From the human T2T-CHM13v2.0 reference genome, Homo sapiens: a stretch of 64,000 nucleotides of DNA. Positions 1 to 13,200 of this stretch are shown piece after piece. The notes beneath the pieces are model-generated. The model was not told where the DNA came from. It did no database searches and saw nothing but the letters and a program-made list of their open reading frames with translations. The stretch is taken from assembly GCF_009914755.1 (NCBI RefSeq), contig NC_060931.1, one strand, 5' to 3'. Position 1 is the stretch's first letter. Each line of letters begins with the position of its first letter. A program made the translations under genes and the position numbers.

Positions 1-219
1 ATTTTCCTTTGCAGAAACTAATCTTTTGCAATCTGTGACTCCCATTAGCAACCCCACTAGAGGCAAAGAGAGAGAAAACAAAAGAGATGAGATTATCAAA
101 ATCAATTCACTCCTTGTTGGTGGCTCTTTGGAAAGAAGGTCAAATGGATCACAAGGGCCAGGTTGGTGGTGTGCTGGATTTAAAGCTAAGAATTTCTTTT
201 CTGTGTTCTGCTGTTTATT

Positions 220-470
220 AAAACCACACACATGTATACATGTGCCATGTTGGTGTGCTGCACTTATTAACTCGTCATTTAGCATCAGGTATATCTCCTA
301 ATGCTATCCCTACCCCCTACCCCCACCCCACAACAGTCCCCGGTGTGTGATGTTCCCCATCCTGTGTCCATGTGTATACATATGTAACAAACCTGCACGT
401 TGTGCACATGTACCCTAAAACTTAAAGTATAATAATAATAAAATTAAAAAATAAAAAAAAACCACACACA
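220..470 (+). mobile_element. L1PA (about PA3/PA4) 3' end with 5' inversion
   Basis: 233-375 is the reverse complement of L1 3'UTR; 373-457 is the sense terminus with A-tail; TSD AAAACCACACACA at 220-232 and 458-470. Confidence 0.9.
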
Positions 471-1540
471 CACAAAATTGGATTGACTATAATAAAGGGG
501 AAAATATGTCAAATGTGAAAAGAGATGATACTTTATGAAGGACACAAGACAGAAGAAAAGTTGTCCATGAAGCTTATTAAAAAAAAACTGCAATAAAGTG
601 TCTGTAATAATCATTATACTGAAAGAAAGGAGTAAATGCTTTAAAAAAAACAGTTACACAAGGATTAAAAAAACTGTTAAAGTTTGAGTTTGACAACTTT
701 GTGCTTCATCAACAATTTTTACTAACTGTGAATATATTGTTGTAAAGAAAAAAAGATATCATCACAAATTTTGTTTCTGTCTTGTCTACCACATGTTTTT
801 CTCTTAGTAGAATCTAAATCCAAAACTGCAGCATTGGCGAATTCCACTGAAACTAACGTTATACTTTATTTACAAACTAGTTCATAAATCAGGCAATTTT
901 AAAAACAGAATGCATTGTCATAAGCATTAGACAAAGATTATACAAATTCAAACACCTACTTTGGCTCCTTCTGTTTGACTAATTCTACACAAAGATACCA
1001 ACTTTGGCCTACTTTTGTGAAACAAACTACTTGAATACTTTGAGAAATATTCCAGAAGGCTTGAAGTGAGGGCCATACTAAATGCATTAAACATCTTAAA
1101 AGTAAGACAAAGCAAATATTTTCATTAAGGCTTTGGCAGTTTTGATTATCCAAGCGTCTTAAGTACAGAACAAAGAATGTGGGCATTTTCAAGAGACTCG
1201 TAAACAGACTTGAAGCTCTGGGACCTGAGACCCAGAACTCCAATCCCAGCCTGTGTCCTTCACAAAAGTGCCTCTATAACAAGCTCTACTTGGGGGAAAT
1301 CATGTTAATCAGAAGTTGTTTTGAGTTATCTGAAATATCACACATTCTCAGTGGTCAGATTATAACATATACAACACTGATGAGGAAAAGATTCTATGGG
1401 TTAGTAGACCACATCACGCGGTACAGTTTGGACATGTTGGTCTAGTATAAAGTCATCTATAATATTTCCCAAATCAAAGGAAGTTCGGTTTTGCCAAAAG
1501 TTTTAAGCAAACATTATTATGGTTTTTAAAATGTCATTAC

Positions 1541-1639
1541 CGTGCACCGCAAAAAGTTATAGTAATTACTACATCCTGTAACATTCTGGAAGTAAGAAGG
1601 ATCACTTGTTAAGTCGCCATCTAGTAGTTTATCCAGTAT
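1541..1639 (-). CDS. CPVL: CPVL coding exon 9 (aa 289-321)
   Basis: ILDKLLDGDLTSDPSYFQNVTGCSNYYNFLRCT; (TTTC)n tract + cctag acceptor; ACG|GTAATG donor; 99 nt; NVT sequon at N307. Confidence 0.96.
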
Positions 1640-1710
1640 CTAGGTTGGGAGAGAGGGAGAAAGAAAGAAAGAAAGAAAACATCAGTGTGGATAAAAATGT
1701 ACAGACATTT

Positions 1711-3200
1711 GTCATTTCATTTATTCAACAACTTTTTCATTCCTTTATTGTTTCATCCAGCGCCCACTTATTGTGCATATTCTCTGTGCTAGACACTGTC
1801 ATGGCACTGGAGAAATGGCCATCAACAAAACAGACCAATGGTCCTCCCCCATGGAGCTTTTATTCTGGTGGGGGACAACAAGCATTTCTAAGTAAATTAT
1901 ATCATATGGTAGACAGTGATAAACTCTTGAGTATGTTAGGGAATGACAAGGAGAAAACTAAAGAGGAGTAGGAAGTGTCATGTGTGTGCATGTGTGTATG
2001 GGACAATGTAGAGAGGAGGTCACAGAGGACCTCACTTAGAAGGTGGCATTTGAGTAAAGACATATTGGATGAGAGGAATAGAGCCATGCAGACATCTAGG
2101 GGAAGGAAGGTTCCAGGCAGAGGACACAGTAAGCTCAAAGGCCTTGCCTATGGGAGTAAGCCTTGTGGGAAGGGTGCCTTAACATGGATCATGAACTGCT
2201 CACCAGATGACATGGAGAGAAGACGCAGGATATGGTGCAGATGCAGGTTCCTGGAGCTGGTGGAAGTTATCTTTGGGCTGACATTAAAAAACCCAGTCAC
2301 CAGCTGAGCGGGAGAGCAGTCAGCATGGTTGCATGCTTTCCTCCAGCCATTGTCAGCTGTGTGGAGACAAGCACAGCCTGACAGAGAGGCAGATTGAGCC
2401 AGGGCTGTGGTTCAGCCAAAGGAGTTGGAAGAAATGCAAAAGAGCTTTGGGCTTGGAAATGTATGGAATGACTGACCCTGGGTTGAAGACAGGTAATTAG
2501 AGAAATGGAGACTTGAGGGGGTTAGAGATAGTGGAGAGGCAGGAGGATCAATGGATTGAAAGGTAGTGAGGTTGCAGGGCTGTAAGATCAGTACATTAGC
2601 AGAAGAGATTCGGACAGGAGGTGGTAGTTGGAGAAAGATGTTTGAATGTGTGATTGTGGATCAGCTGCCAGCATTTTAGGGTATGAGAATCAGCAGCTAA
2701 GATGAGGAGGAGAACAAGATCATTGAAAAAGAGGAGGCTGAGGCACCAAGGACCAGGTCCCAAAAGGATCGTCAATGTGGATCCTGCAGTTACCAGGAAT
2801 TATGACAAGAATAATGCTGCAGAGAGTGACAGGGAGGAAGGAGCTCAGCTATTCAAATGAGAGGGAGTAACCAGGGGTTGGTAGGCAGACACAGTTGGAA
2901 GTGGTCAGAGGCCCTGTCTGAGGACAGGAGAGTCAAAGCTCAATGCTTTAGGAGGAGGCAGGGAACATGATCTGAAAGTCACATGATGAGCAAGGAAGAC
3001 ACCTACTCCACCTATGAACCAAGTGATACAGACAAGCTAAGAGAGAGAACAGCCCCCACTCAAGAGGACCACAGGGACTGCAGCATCAGGGGAGAGCCAG
3101 GTTTCTGGCAAAGCAAGAAGATGAAGAGAAGAAAATAGTCACAGAAGAGGTTGAAGACATGGAGGGGGGTTGTTGATGATGATATTAAGTTGTAAGGAGT
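1711..3200 (-). mobile_element. L2 LINE remnant
   Basis: Starts TCATTTCATTTATTCAACAA...TTATTGTGCA...CTGTGCTAGACACTG (reverse of L2 3' end), followed by degenerate purine-rich L2 body. Confidence 0.7.
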
Positions 3201-3284
3201 TCTTACAAAAGAATTCAAAGAAATGAAGTCAGCACATGTTAAAAACAATCTATCAAGTACAAATTTAGGTCTCTTATCAGATAA

Positions 3285-3430
3285 GGTATTATTATTCTAA
3301 TTTTATGGGTGAGAAAACTGAGACACATGAGTTTAAGCAACTTGCCGAGGACACCTCACTAATAATGTCAGAGATGAGATGATTAGGCCACGACTCCTGA
3401 GCCTGCACACTCAACCACGCACACACTGGC
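3285..3430 (-). mobile_element. MIR
   Basis: ATTTTATGGGTGAGAAAACTGAGACAC...AAGCAACTTGCC core. Confidence 0.7.
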
Positions 3431-3508
3431 TCCCAGCAGTCAGCCTGCAATGCTTCCTACTTGCCAATTCCTTCTGGCCATGCTTCAATGCTTGAGAAAA
3501 TAGACTAA

Positions 3509-3832
<324 letters not shown>

Positions 3833-3895
3833 TGTATTCATATTCTTTTTCAAACATGAAAGAACTTATTCAAGTTCCTATTGCCATGGGGCTAG

Positions 3896-4500
<605 letters not shown>

Positions 4501-4675
4501 GAGGTGTCTTTTTCTAATTTGTTCACCCAGATGGGGCACCATAGGCCAGGGTCATTCTGAATGCACACATCATTTTTGGAACTCATTGTTAGAAATTATC
4601 TTCAACACCAGTGGGAATATAAAGTCAACCTTGAAGAATAACTTTGCTTTTAGAAAGAGTTAAAAGTCATTTGTT

Positions 4676-5087
<412 letters not shown>

Positions 5088-5285
5088 TCAGTCATTTCAC
5101 ATCTTGCAGAATATCTAAGACGATCCAGGATTTTTACAGAATGCCTGAAAATTACCATAGGATAAATACTGTGGTGGAAATGGGGGAAGCAATTCCAGTC
5201 CTCAGCCTGCCACAATCTATTTGTGTATCCTTCGGCAATTCATTGCTATCCCCTGGGGCTCGGCATCCTCTCCACTCACCAGTAA

Positions 5286-5286
<1 letters not shown>

Positions 5287-5330
<44 letters not shown>
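5287..5330. repeat. (TG)n microsatellite, about 22 units
   Basis: Perfect dinucleotide run. Confidence 0.97.
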
Positions 5331-5331
<1 letters not shown>

Positions 5332-7274
5332 ATGTAAATGCATAGGGACAGTAGATGACCTATCTCCAGAGTACTCTCCAGCTCTGAGTTACTACTCTTT
5401 GATTAATTAAATCATTTTAAAGGATCAGAGCGTCAAACAGGCTTTATCATTTTAGGCTTGAGATTCTGACATTTATATTCCCCTGGGTTTCAGGATTTGT
5501 TGGAGTCTTCCTTTGCAGTCACTGAAACACATTTCAACCACAAGTTGTTTACTGTCCTAAGTATCATTTTATCTATTTTCCTTGAAAAAGCAAAGGTCTT
5601 GTTTTAATTCATCACTCAAGATACGGGACCAATGGTCAAAAAGACATTCCAAGCCTTCAAACGTTTTACCTGCTTGGGGTTCCGGTTTCTGACGTATCCG
5701 GTTTGGGAGAGATTCTCACCTCGTGGGTCATGTTCTCATTATCTCTGAATACACAACACACCTGAACTTTTCTACAGCTTCACTAATCCTGTAGGTGTTT
5801 AGCCTGCTGCATTATGTACCAGTCATCTTTCTGCTTTTTTTCTAAATATGGGCCTCTCAAATGCTCTTGCTCTTGACAATTGCTTTATCCTGTGTGCTTC
5901 TTTAAAAACATATCAAATGTTTCAATTGCAAATTGGTCTCATGCCACATAAAATTTGGTATTAATTCTAAATACTGAAGTTTCACTCCTTCGTCCCCTCT
6001 GTGACTACCACAGCAGAAAGCCTTGAAAATACTGTCATTGCAAGTGGAAGCATGATCCTACATGTGCCCCAGGAGACCCCTCTTCCTTTGTGTTTACAAT
6101 TGCATAAGAAATTCTGAATCCACACTTTGCAGCCACATTTAGTGTCCTGACACAGAGAAAGGAGAGCCTGGTGGAGCTCTGTAGGATGGCTCAGGACTCC
6201 CTTTGCTCCATCCATTTGCACAGCTAGCTGCTATCAGAATTCACGGCAAGGGCGGTCACTGCCTTGGGGGATTTCTGATAGTGTCCCAACACCCTACTTG
6301 TAAAATGAAAAATAACTTTGTATTATCCTCTACCCTTTTCTCCAAGGTTGCATGTCTCCTATTTTGATCTGAACTGGCTGATCTGCAATGCCCTTAAGAC
6401 TTAATATCAGATTTCTGCTTTAATAACAATAACGACATTAGATATACTGTTACAGAATATGTGTCTAATAACAAACAAATTAAAGCCCTCGAAATTCAGA
6501 CCTTGCCTCATTTACTACCGTGTCAAACATGATGGCTGTATAGTAAATACGGCAAAAAGCCCCTCAGGGAGATTGTTTACACATGGCTCTGTCTGCATTG
6601 GCAAAAAAAGCAAAAAAAAACAAAAAAAACCCAACTTCCTGTATCCTAATATTTAGTATATTCTTACATTTTAAATAACTGAGAAAGAAAAGAGTGAAGA
6701 ACGTAATTATTGATTCTCAAGTTTAATTTTAGGGGAGCAATGAAAGGATATGCACAAATACCAATGGCCCTTTGTAAGAGTTTCAAATTACTACACTTTA
6801 TAATCTTTGTTCCTGACACGTGTGTCACATGTCATCTGTTACACACTGTGGTCATTTCTCCCAGCTGAAACCCTGTTTGTGGATATAAAACTCTTCTACA
6901 TGGTTTAGAGCAGATGGTGAAGCATATGCCTCTACTTCCTGGGTTGCCTTTCTTCTGATTTCCATATGATAGAGTCTGCCTTGAGGGCCTCCACAGCATT
7001 TAAAGAAATCAAAACGGTTAATGAAAGACACAGTTAGATAAACACTCCAAGATGATCTCAGGCTTAAAATATAGCCAAAGTAAATTCAAAGGAACACAGA
7101 CAGTCCTTTTCTTCATTATGAGGCCACTCAACTCGCCTCCCGATCTCCAATGGAATAACAGATATACCTTCTTAACAAAAAAATGCCTGAGCACCAAGGT
7201 GTTCCTGCTCACCCGCCCTCCCTCCCCAGATGGTTTTAATTGCTCAAGGGCAGCACAGGGCCCCCAGAACTCAC

Positions 7275-7406
7275 TTCAAAGGCCTCAAACCAGTTCTGCT
7301 TCCTGATGTGTTCTATGCATTCATGGCACTGCTTCTGGAAGTACTTTTTTTGCTTCTCATCCAACAAGCCAATTTGGTACAGGAATTCTGCATAGCCCCC
7401 TATAAT
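7275..7406 (-). CDS. CPVL: CPVL coding exon 8 (aa 245-288)
   Basis: IIGGYAEFLYQIGLLDEKQKKYFQKQCHECIEHIRKQNWFEAFE; cctcag acceptor; GAA|GTGAGT donor; 132 nt. Confidence 0.97.
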
Positions 7407-7802
7407 CTGAGGACAAAAAAGACACACATCAATGTGACAAAGGGAGAGAAAGAGACCTTAAGGAAGCCCATTTGCTTGGTGAAATAATCCTTTGTAATTG
7501 TTAATCTTGTGCTGGTTAGCCAAGTAGGATAATTACATGCACACACACATATACACCCCACAACACACACAACAGAACACAACACAATACAAACACACAC
7601 ACATTTGCACTGACAGCCAATGTAAGCTGACACAGTAAATTGATACGTTGAAACATTTGGTAAAAATTAGGAGATTTAAGTCATAAAGTCAACTGGTGTT
7701 TCCCTTATCAAAAGTTAGACCTCTAAGAGGAGCCTTCCATCTGATAAAAAGGCATTTAATCCCCCTAAGAGACAAAATAGAAAGTCAGAAGGAGAAACCT
7801 AC

Positions 7803-7925
7803 TGATTCGGGATCAGAATATCCATCTCCAATAGCAATTCCGTTCAGGTTGATCTTCACCTCTCTCACAGGGTTGAGGGAATGGATGAGGTGTGCAATGG
7901 CTGGCACATATTTCCCTGCATAAGA
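7803..7925 (-). CDS. CPVL: CPVL coding exon 7 (aa 204-244; catalytic Ser204)
   Basis: SYAGKYVPAIAHLIHSLNPVREVKINLNGIAIGDGYSDPES; completes GESYAG; ctcag acceptor; TCA|GTAGGT donor; 123 nt. Confidence 0.97.
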
Positions 7926-8589
7926 CTGAGAAGGACAGATGTTGAAATGGCCAATCACAAATGGATGCTAGTAAAATTAAATGTACTTAAGCTAATTAAA
8001 ATAACAATGAAGGAGCAATCTTTCCACATGAGGTATACCATCTGTTTCTTAACCCCACATTATAGATTCCATAATAGCAAAAACCTCTGTCTTCCAATTC
8101 TTTTGTCGTCTCAAATAGCACCACATGACATGAACAGGTTCGATGCACAAAAAATCACAAGTGAACATGTAATAAGTGAACATTCTAATTTCCTTCCAAA
8201 ATAAAATAACTTGGGAGAACACAATTCTGCCATGTGTTAGGCATCTCTTACCAGAAAGCTCTATTCAAAGATTAGAGGGAAAAAAATCTCAAGTTTAAAA
8301 TTAAGATTTCAAAATCTGATAATGCTGCAAATTTTGAAATCAACATGTACTAAAGGAATAGGAGAAGCAGAAAAGGAAAATAATATTTATTGGCCACTAA
8401 AATTTTCACTTGAACTCATCTCTATTTCCAAACTTTTCCAGCACAAGGTCCTTTTTCAAGGTCAGAATATTTTGTAGATATATTTCCCCTAACAAACATG
8501 GTAACGGTTCTACTTTAAGACTGTGCTGGAAGAGCTACTATTGACTCAGCAGTATTTTTCAAATAATTTTGCATTTTGCATTCTTTCCA

Positions 8590-9372
8590 TCAAAAGTTGC
8601 CTTCTTGATATCTCCACTTGTATGTCTAATATTAAACTGCACATGTTCAAAATAAAGCTCCCAATCCCCAACCCTGAGGCAGCCTCCCTTTCATCTCATG
8701 TTAATTCTGTTTCTCCCCTGCTCAGGCCAACAATCTTGGTGCCATTCGTTATATCTCTTTTTGTCTCGTATTCCACAGAAGTCAATCAGCCAAGCTTGTC
8801 AGCTCTACCTATTCTAACAAAATCTGTCCAGAGTCCAATGTCTTCTCACAACCCCTTCTCCATCACATCATCTCTGGCCTGGATGACTGCAGTAGACTCC
8901 TCATTGGCTTCCTTCTTTTGCCCTTATCCTTTAATGACTTCCCATCTTCCCAAAAGCAAAGGCATAAGGGCTGACATGATCTGCTCCCTTCTCTACCCTC
9001 AACCCCTGCCACCCTCTCGCTCATTCCTTTCCAGCCCATTGGGTTCCATGCTATTCCTTGCACATACCAGGCACATGTCTGCCAGGCCTTTGGACCAGCC
9101 ATTCCCTCCACCTGGAATGCTCTTCTCACAGGCCCCCATATGGCAAATTCCCTCAATGTCCTATATTTTTTCTTTCCTAAGTATTTCCTTAATACTTATC
9201 ATTCTCCAACAAACTTTTACTTACTTATCTTATATACTGTTATTCTCCTACCCATACTAGAATATAAGATCCGTGAATACAGGGACATTTGTCTGTTTTG
9301 TTTACTTGAGTCCACTATGACTGATGCGTATATTTGTTAGTGCTCAATAAATAGTTGTTGAATGAATGAATC
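8590..9372 (+). mobile_element. L2 LINE 3' remnant
   Basis: Pyrimidine-rich L2 body ending GTGCTCAATAAATAGTTGTTGAATGAATGAAT. Confidence 0.8.
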
Positions 9373-9564
9373 TTAAAATGAATCTACAGACATCTGAAAA
9401 AGAGCAATGCATCTATGTTCAAAACAGACTAGAGACATTATGTGGATACCTGTGAGTTCACAGACCCTTCACAGCATCTCCAAGGCCCTCCAGGGGTCTG
9501 TAGTTCAAAGGCTGGGAACCCCTGAAAGCTCTTATTTTATCCACACCATAATCATATGCTGAAG

Positions 9565-9675
9565 ATAATCATTACTCCCATTTCAAGATGAGGACACTGA
9601 GGCTCAGAGAGGTTAAGTTGTAGAGCCAGAATTACACCTGAGCTGACCGACTCCAAAACCTAAACTCCTTCCAAG
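9565..9675 (-). mobile_element. MIR
   Basis: CCCATTTCAAGATGAGGACACTGAGGCTCAGAGAGGTTAAG. Confidence 0.75.
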
Positions 9676-10040
9676 CAATGATAAAACAATATCATTTATG
9701 TAATTTATCCAAGAACTCCTCATTGATACAGCTCTCTTGTGCAATAATAATTATTTAGGTAAAGTATTGAATCAAAGCAATTTATCCATTCATACTTGTA
9801 AGTACATTTTAGCTTCCTTGTGTAATATAAAGGTGTGTTCATATGTCTGAAATTTGGTTTGTTGTCTAACTGTGCTACATTCTCTTGTTAGTGACAATAA
9901 GTGAACATTTATCAAATACAATTTCTGTAAAATGACAAAAAAGCACATTTCCCTGAGTAACCATTTTACTGGTAAAAATGTATTGTTATATAGTCTTTAT
10001 TCAATGATAGTTTATTGGGCAATTCTTCTGTCAAAGGCAT

Positions 10041-10284
10041 TGACATGGTTTGCCTCTGTGTCCCCAACCAAATCTCATCTCCAATTGTAATCCTTATGTG
10101 TTGAGGAAGGGATCTGGTGGGAGGTGATTGGATCATGGGGGCAGTTTCCCCCATGCTATTCTCATGATAGTGAGGGACTTCTCACGAGAGCTGATGGTTT
10201 TAAAAGAGCCAGTTTCCCCTGCCCATGCTCTCTCTCTCTCTCTCTCGTAGTACCTTTACAGCAGCGTGAAAATGAACTAATACA
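10041..10284 (+). mobile_element. ERVL-MaLR solo LTR (MSTA/THE1-like), internally deleted
   Basis: TGACATGGTTTG...CTAATACA termini; 5-bp TSD GGCAT (10036-40 / 10285-89); only 244 bp long. Confidence 0.88.
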
Positions 10285-13200
10285 GGCATTATACTAGATA
10301 CTTGAGGAGACACAAAAATGAATAAAGCACAAAACTTGCCCTCATAAAGGTCACAATTTCTTTCAAAACTATATTATGGAAACCATGACTGACACATGAT
10401 AGAGCAAAGTTTACGATTTCTTAGATTAGAATTTCTATAATGTATACATTGCCTAGCACAAAATAGGTAAATAAAAACACACTTGATAAATGAATGACTT
10501 ATCTGGCATTACTTCTAAATACTTTTCCCCTATCAGAAATTGGTACAAATGCCAAAAAGTTTATCTTCCAGTGATATTATCACTCCAATTTTCTTGTTAT
10601 AAGACCTGGTAATAAAACATCTCTCTTGACCCTTTCTGACATGGAAGGGCATGTACTTTAAGTTGCTAGGTAGGTAGTCATGACAAACGTAGGCTGAAAC
10701 ATCTGCATTTTTGTGGCACTTTCCCCCAGTGACCATCATGTGTATCTGGGTATCTGGGATATATCCAGGCAGGGAATTAAGAAGGAACACCCACTCAGTT
10801 TTTGAGCATTACTATGAGCCAGGCTACCTCACCTACTTTAAGCCAATTTAAGATAAACATTGTTTTCCAATATTTTACAGTGATGAAAACAAGGGCCCGT
10901 GCATTTCATTCACATGCCTGGCTGGAATTCTACCCTGGCTTGGCTGTCTCTGCAGCTCCCCTTTGTCATATCTAATTGCATTTCAGTCAACGAAATCTTT
11001 TCTATTGAGAAGATACTCCTTAAAAAAAAAAAAAAAAAAAAGCCATCACTGACAGTCAATGGTCCTGGAATATACCACGGGTCTGAGGTCCCCCAAGGTG
11101 GAACTACATCTTGGGTTTATCTACTCCAAGCTTGCTAAGCTCATCATTTATGAAAAACAAAACAGATGAGTAGTACTATAACCATATCCAAAATGAAATT
11201 CTTCAATATTCAGTCCACATCTGCCAACCTCACAGTGATGATCTTAGCTTTTTTTTTTTTTAACTTTCTAATGACTATCACACTTCCTTGCTTTGTGTCA
11301 GTGTGACAAATCCGTCATTGCCTTTTTCATTAATCATTCCATTGGTTGAGTGACTCAGGCTGTCACAGAGAAGACAATTATAGAATTATTTTTATGGAAA
11401 ACAGGCACTGAAACATTGTAATAAAATTTCAGTTATTTTCGCTCTCCTTGTTGAGATAGTTTTTTTTTTTTTTTTTTTTGGCAAGATCAGACTCATTTAT
11501 TCTTCTTGAATCATTTATTTCTCAATTTAATGATTCTCTGACCGCCATTAAGTACTTCAAAAGACAACCAGGTAATAAATCAAGTGTGTTTTATTTTACC
11601 TCATTTGCCTTTTCCTGTATATATTTTATAGAACCCCATATTTCAGGAGAAGAATTTAGGTGTGACTGCCTTATGGATTAGAAATCAACTAAATGGTCCC
11701 TTAGGCTTATAACAGTGATTCTGTAATTTTATGAACTATTGCTTCTTTTGTTCTGAGTTCTAATGAAAACAGCAACAACAACCAGAACTCTTGGTCCCGT
11801 GGCTTCTCTGACCTCCCCATGGTGTTCGCCAGTGTGGGCAGCAGCTGGTCAATGAAGCCCCTGAGGTCTGTGAATTAACACTAACCTAACATGGGATCAG
11901 ACCCTGGTCTCATAAAAGCTCAGAGCAATACCAAAGCAATTTTAAAAAGAAAGAGGAAAAGTGTGGCCAGAAACTAACTGAACACATATTATTTTAGGAT
12001 TTGGCAGTGACCTTCGAATGAGAAGCTCAGCCGGATAAACATAACACATCTAACAGAATTCAAACTAGGTTAGCACTCAACACATCAGAATTTTTAGGGT
12101 GCCCTTATTATTCCTTTCTAATAATTAAAGGAGCTTCAAGCTGCGATTTCCAGCACTGCTCTTACTTGGTTAATTTTTCCCATGGTGACCATATTTCGAG
12201 CTCACCTCCAACAAGAAGGACCAGAGGTATTAGGGTGTGTTTGTACATGCTTGTATTTGCTGGAGCTTAAAGAGGCTATAAACTTCCAATTCTCCTCCTA
12301 CATCAGAAGGATCTCAGAATTCAGCTCTCAATCTTTTATTTCTCCCAGGAGAGAAAAAGGCCTCAACATCATAGCTGAATAGTAGTTTTGAATCTTGGTT
12401 TGCGATTTTTTTTTCCAGCCTAATGGAAATCCCGTGAGGAGCACATTGTACTTGTAAAAATAGAGAGAATGCAATGTTTGGTTAATTATCCAGATGTGTA
12501 AAAACACAATGAAATTGGATGTAGAGAAAACCTGTAATCGTGTCTTTTGCGTGAATCTCTCTTTTCTTTTATGTTTCAACAACATTCACAGCCTACTTAC
12601 TGTAACCTGCCATTTGGTTACTTTCAAGGAAGGGAAAAAGATTTCATAGCTAAAGTCCAGCTTCAATCAGCTCCTCCAGAGGAAAACAAATAGTGTCAGA
12701 GAATAATATTAAAATGGAAACAATGTCCTCTTACAGAAATTTCACATATGGTAGCAGTTACTATTGTTTCAGCTACTCTCAGTTGACTACATTTCTCTGA
12801 AGTTTAGTAGAAAAAAAAAATAGATACACTTATACACTCATTCTCTGCCTTGCTTCTAGGTACACATTTCATGGTGAAAAAATTCAGAACTTTGTCAGTG
12901 ATAATGAGCAATGGCTTTTGAAATGAGACACAGCTAAACTTAGACACAAAGTTTCACCATCCACAGGCCTTAGTTCCTACCCTTTGCCTGGCAGGTGGAA
13001 AGAGGGAGTTGTCAACTTCAGCAATGGTACACTGAGGACCCTGAGGGTCATTCTAAGCTCCCTGCCCTGCTTGAACCCCACTCTCCCCAGCTACACAGAA
13101 CTAAAAAAAATCCTTCTTTGAAGAATTCACTACTGGGCTGGTGAGAGCTCCTTTGTATCCCCAGAAGGCATCAAGGCGCACTGCCCTTCTGGAATCAGTC

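Noticed and set aside
7236-7427. 63-aa ORF as a stand-alone gene
   Set aside because: It is CPVL coding exon 8 plus intronic read-through
8523-9260. Longest ORF in the track (245 aa, + strand)
   Set aside because: Lies within a degenerate L2 remnant; non-ATG start; Ser/Leu/Pro-biased; no recognisable domain
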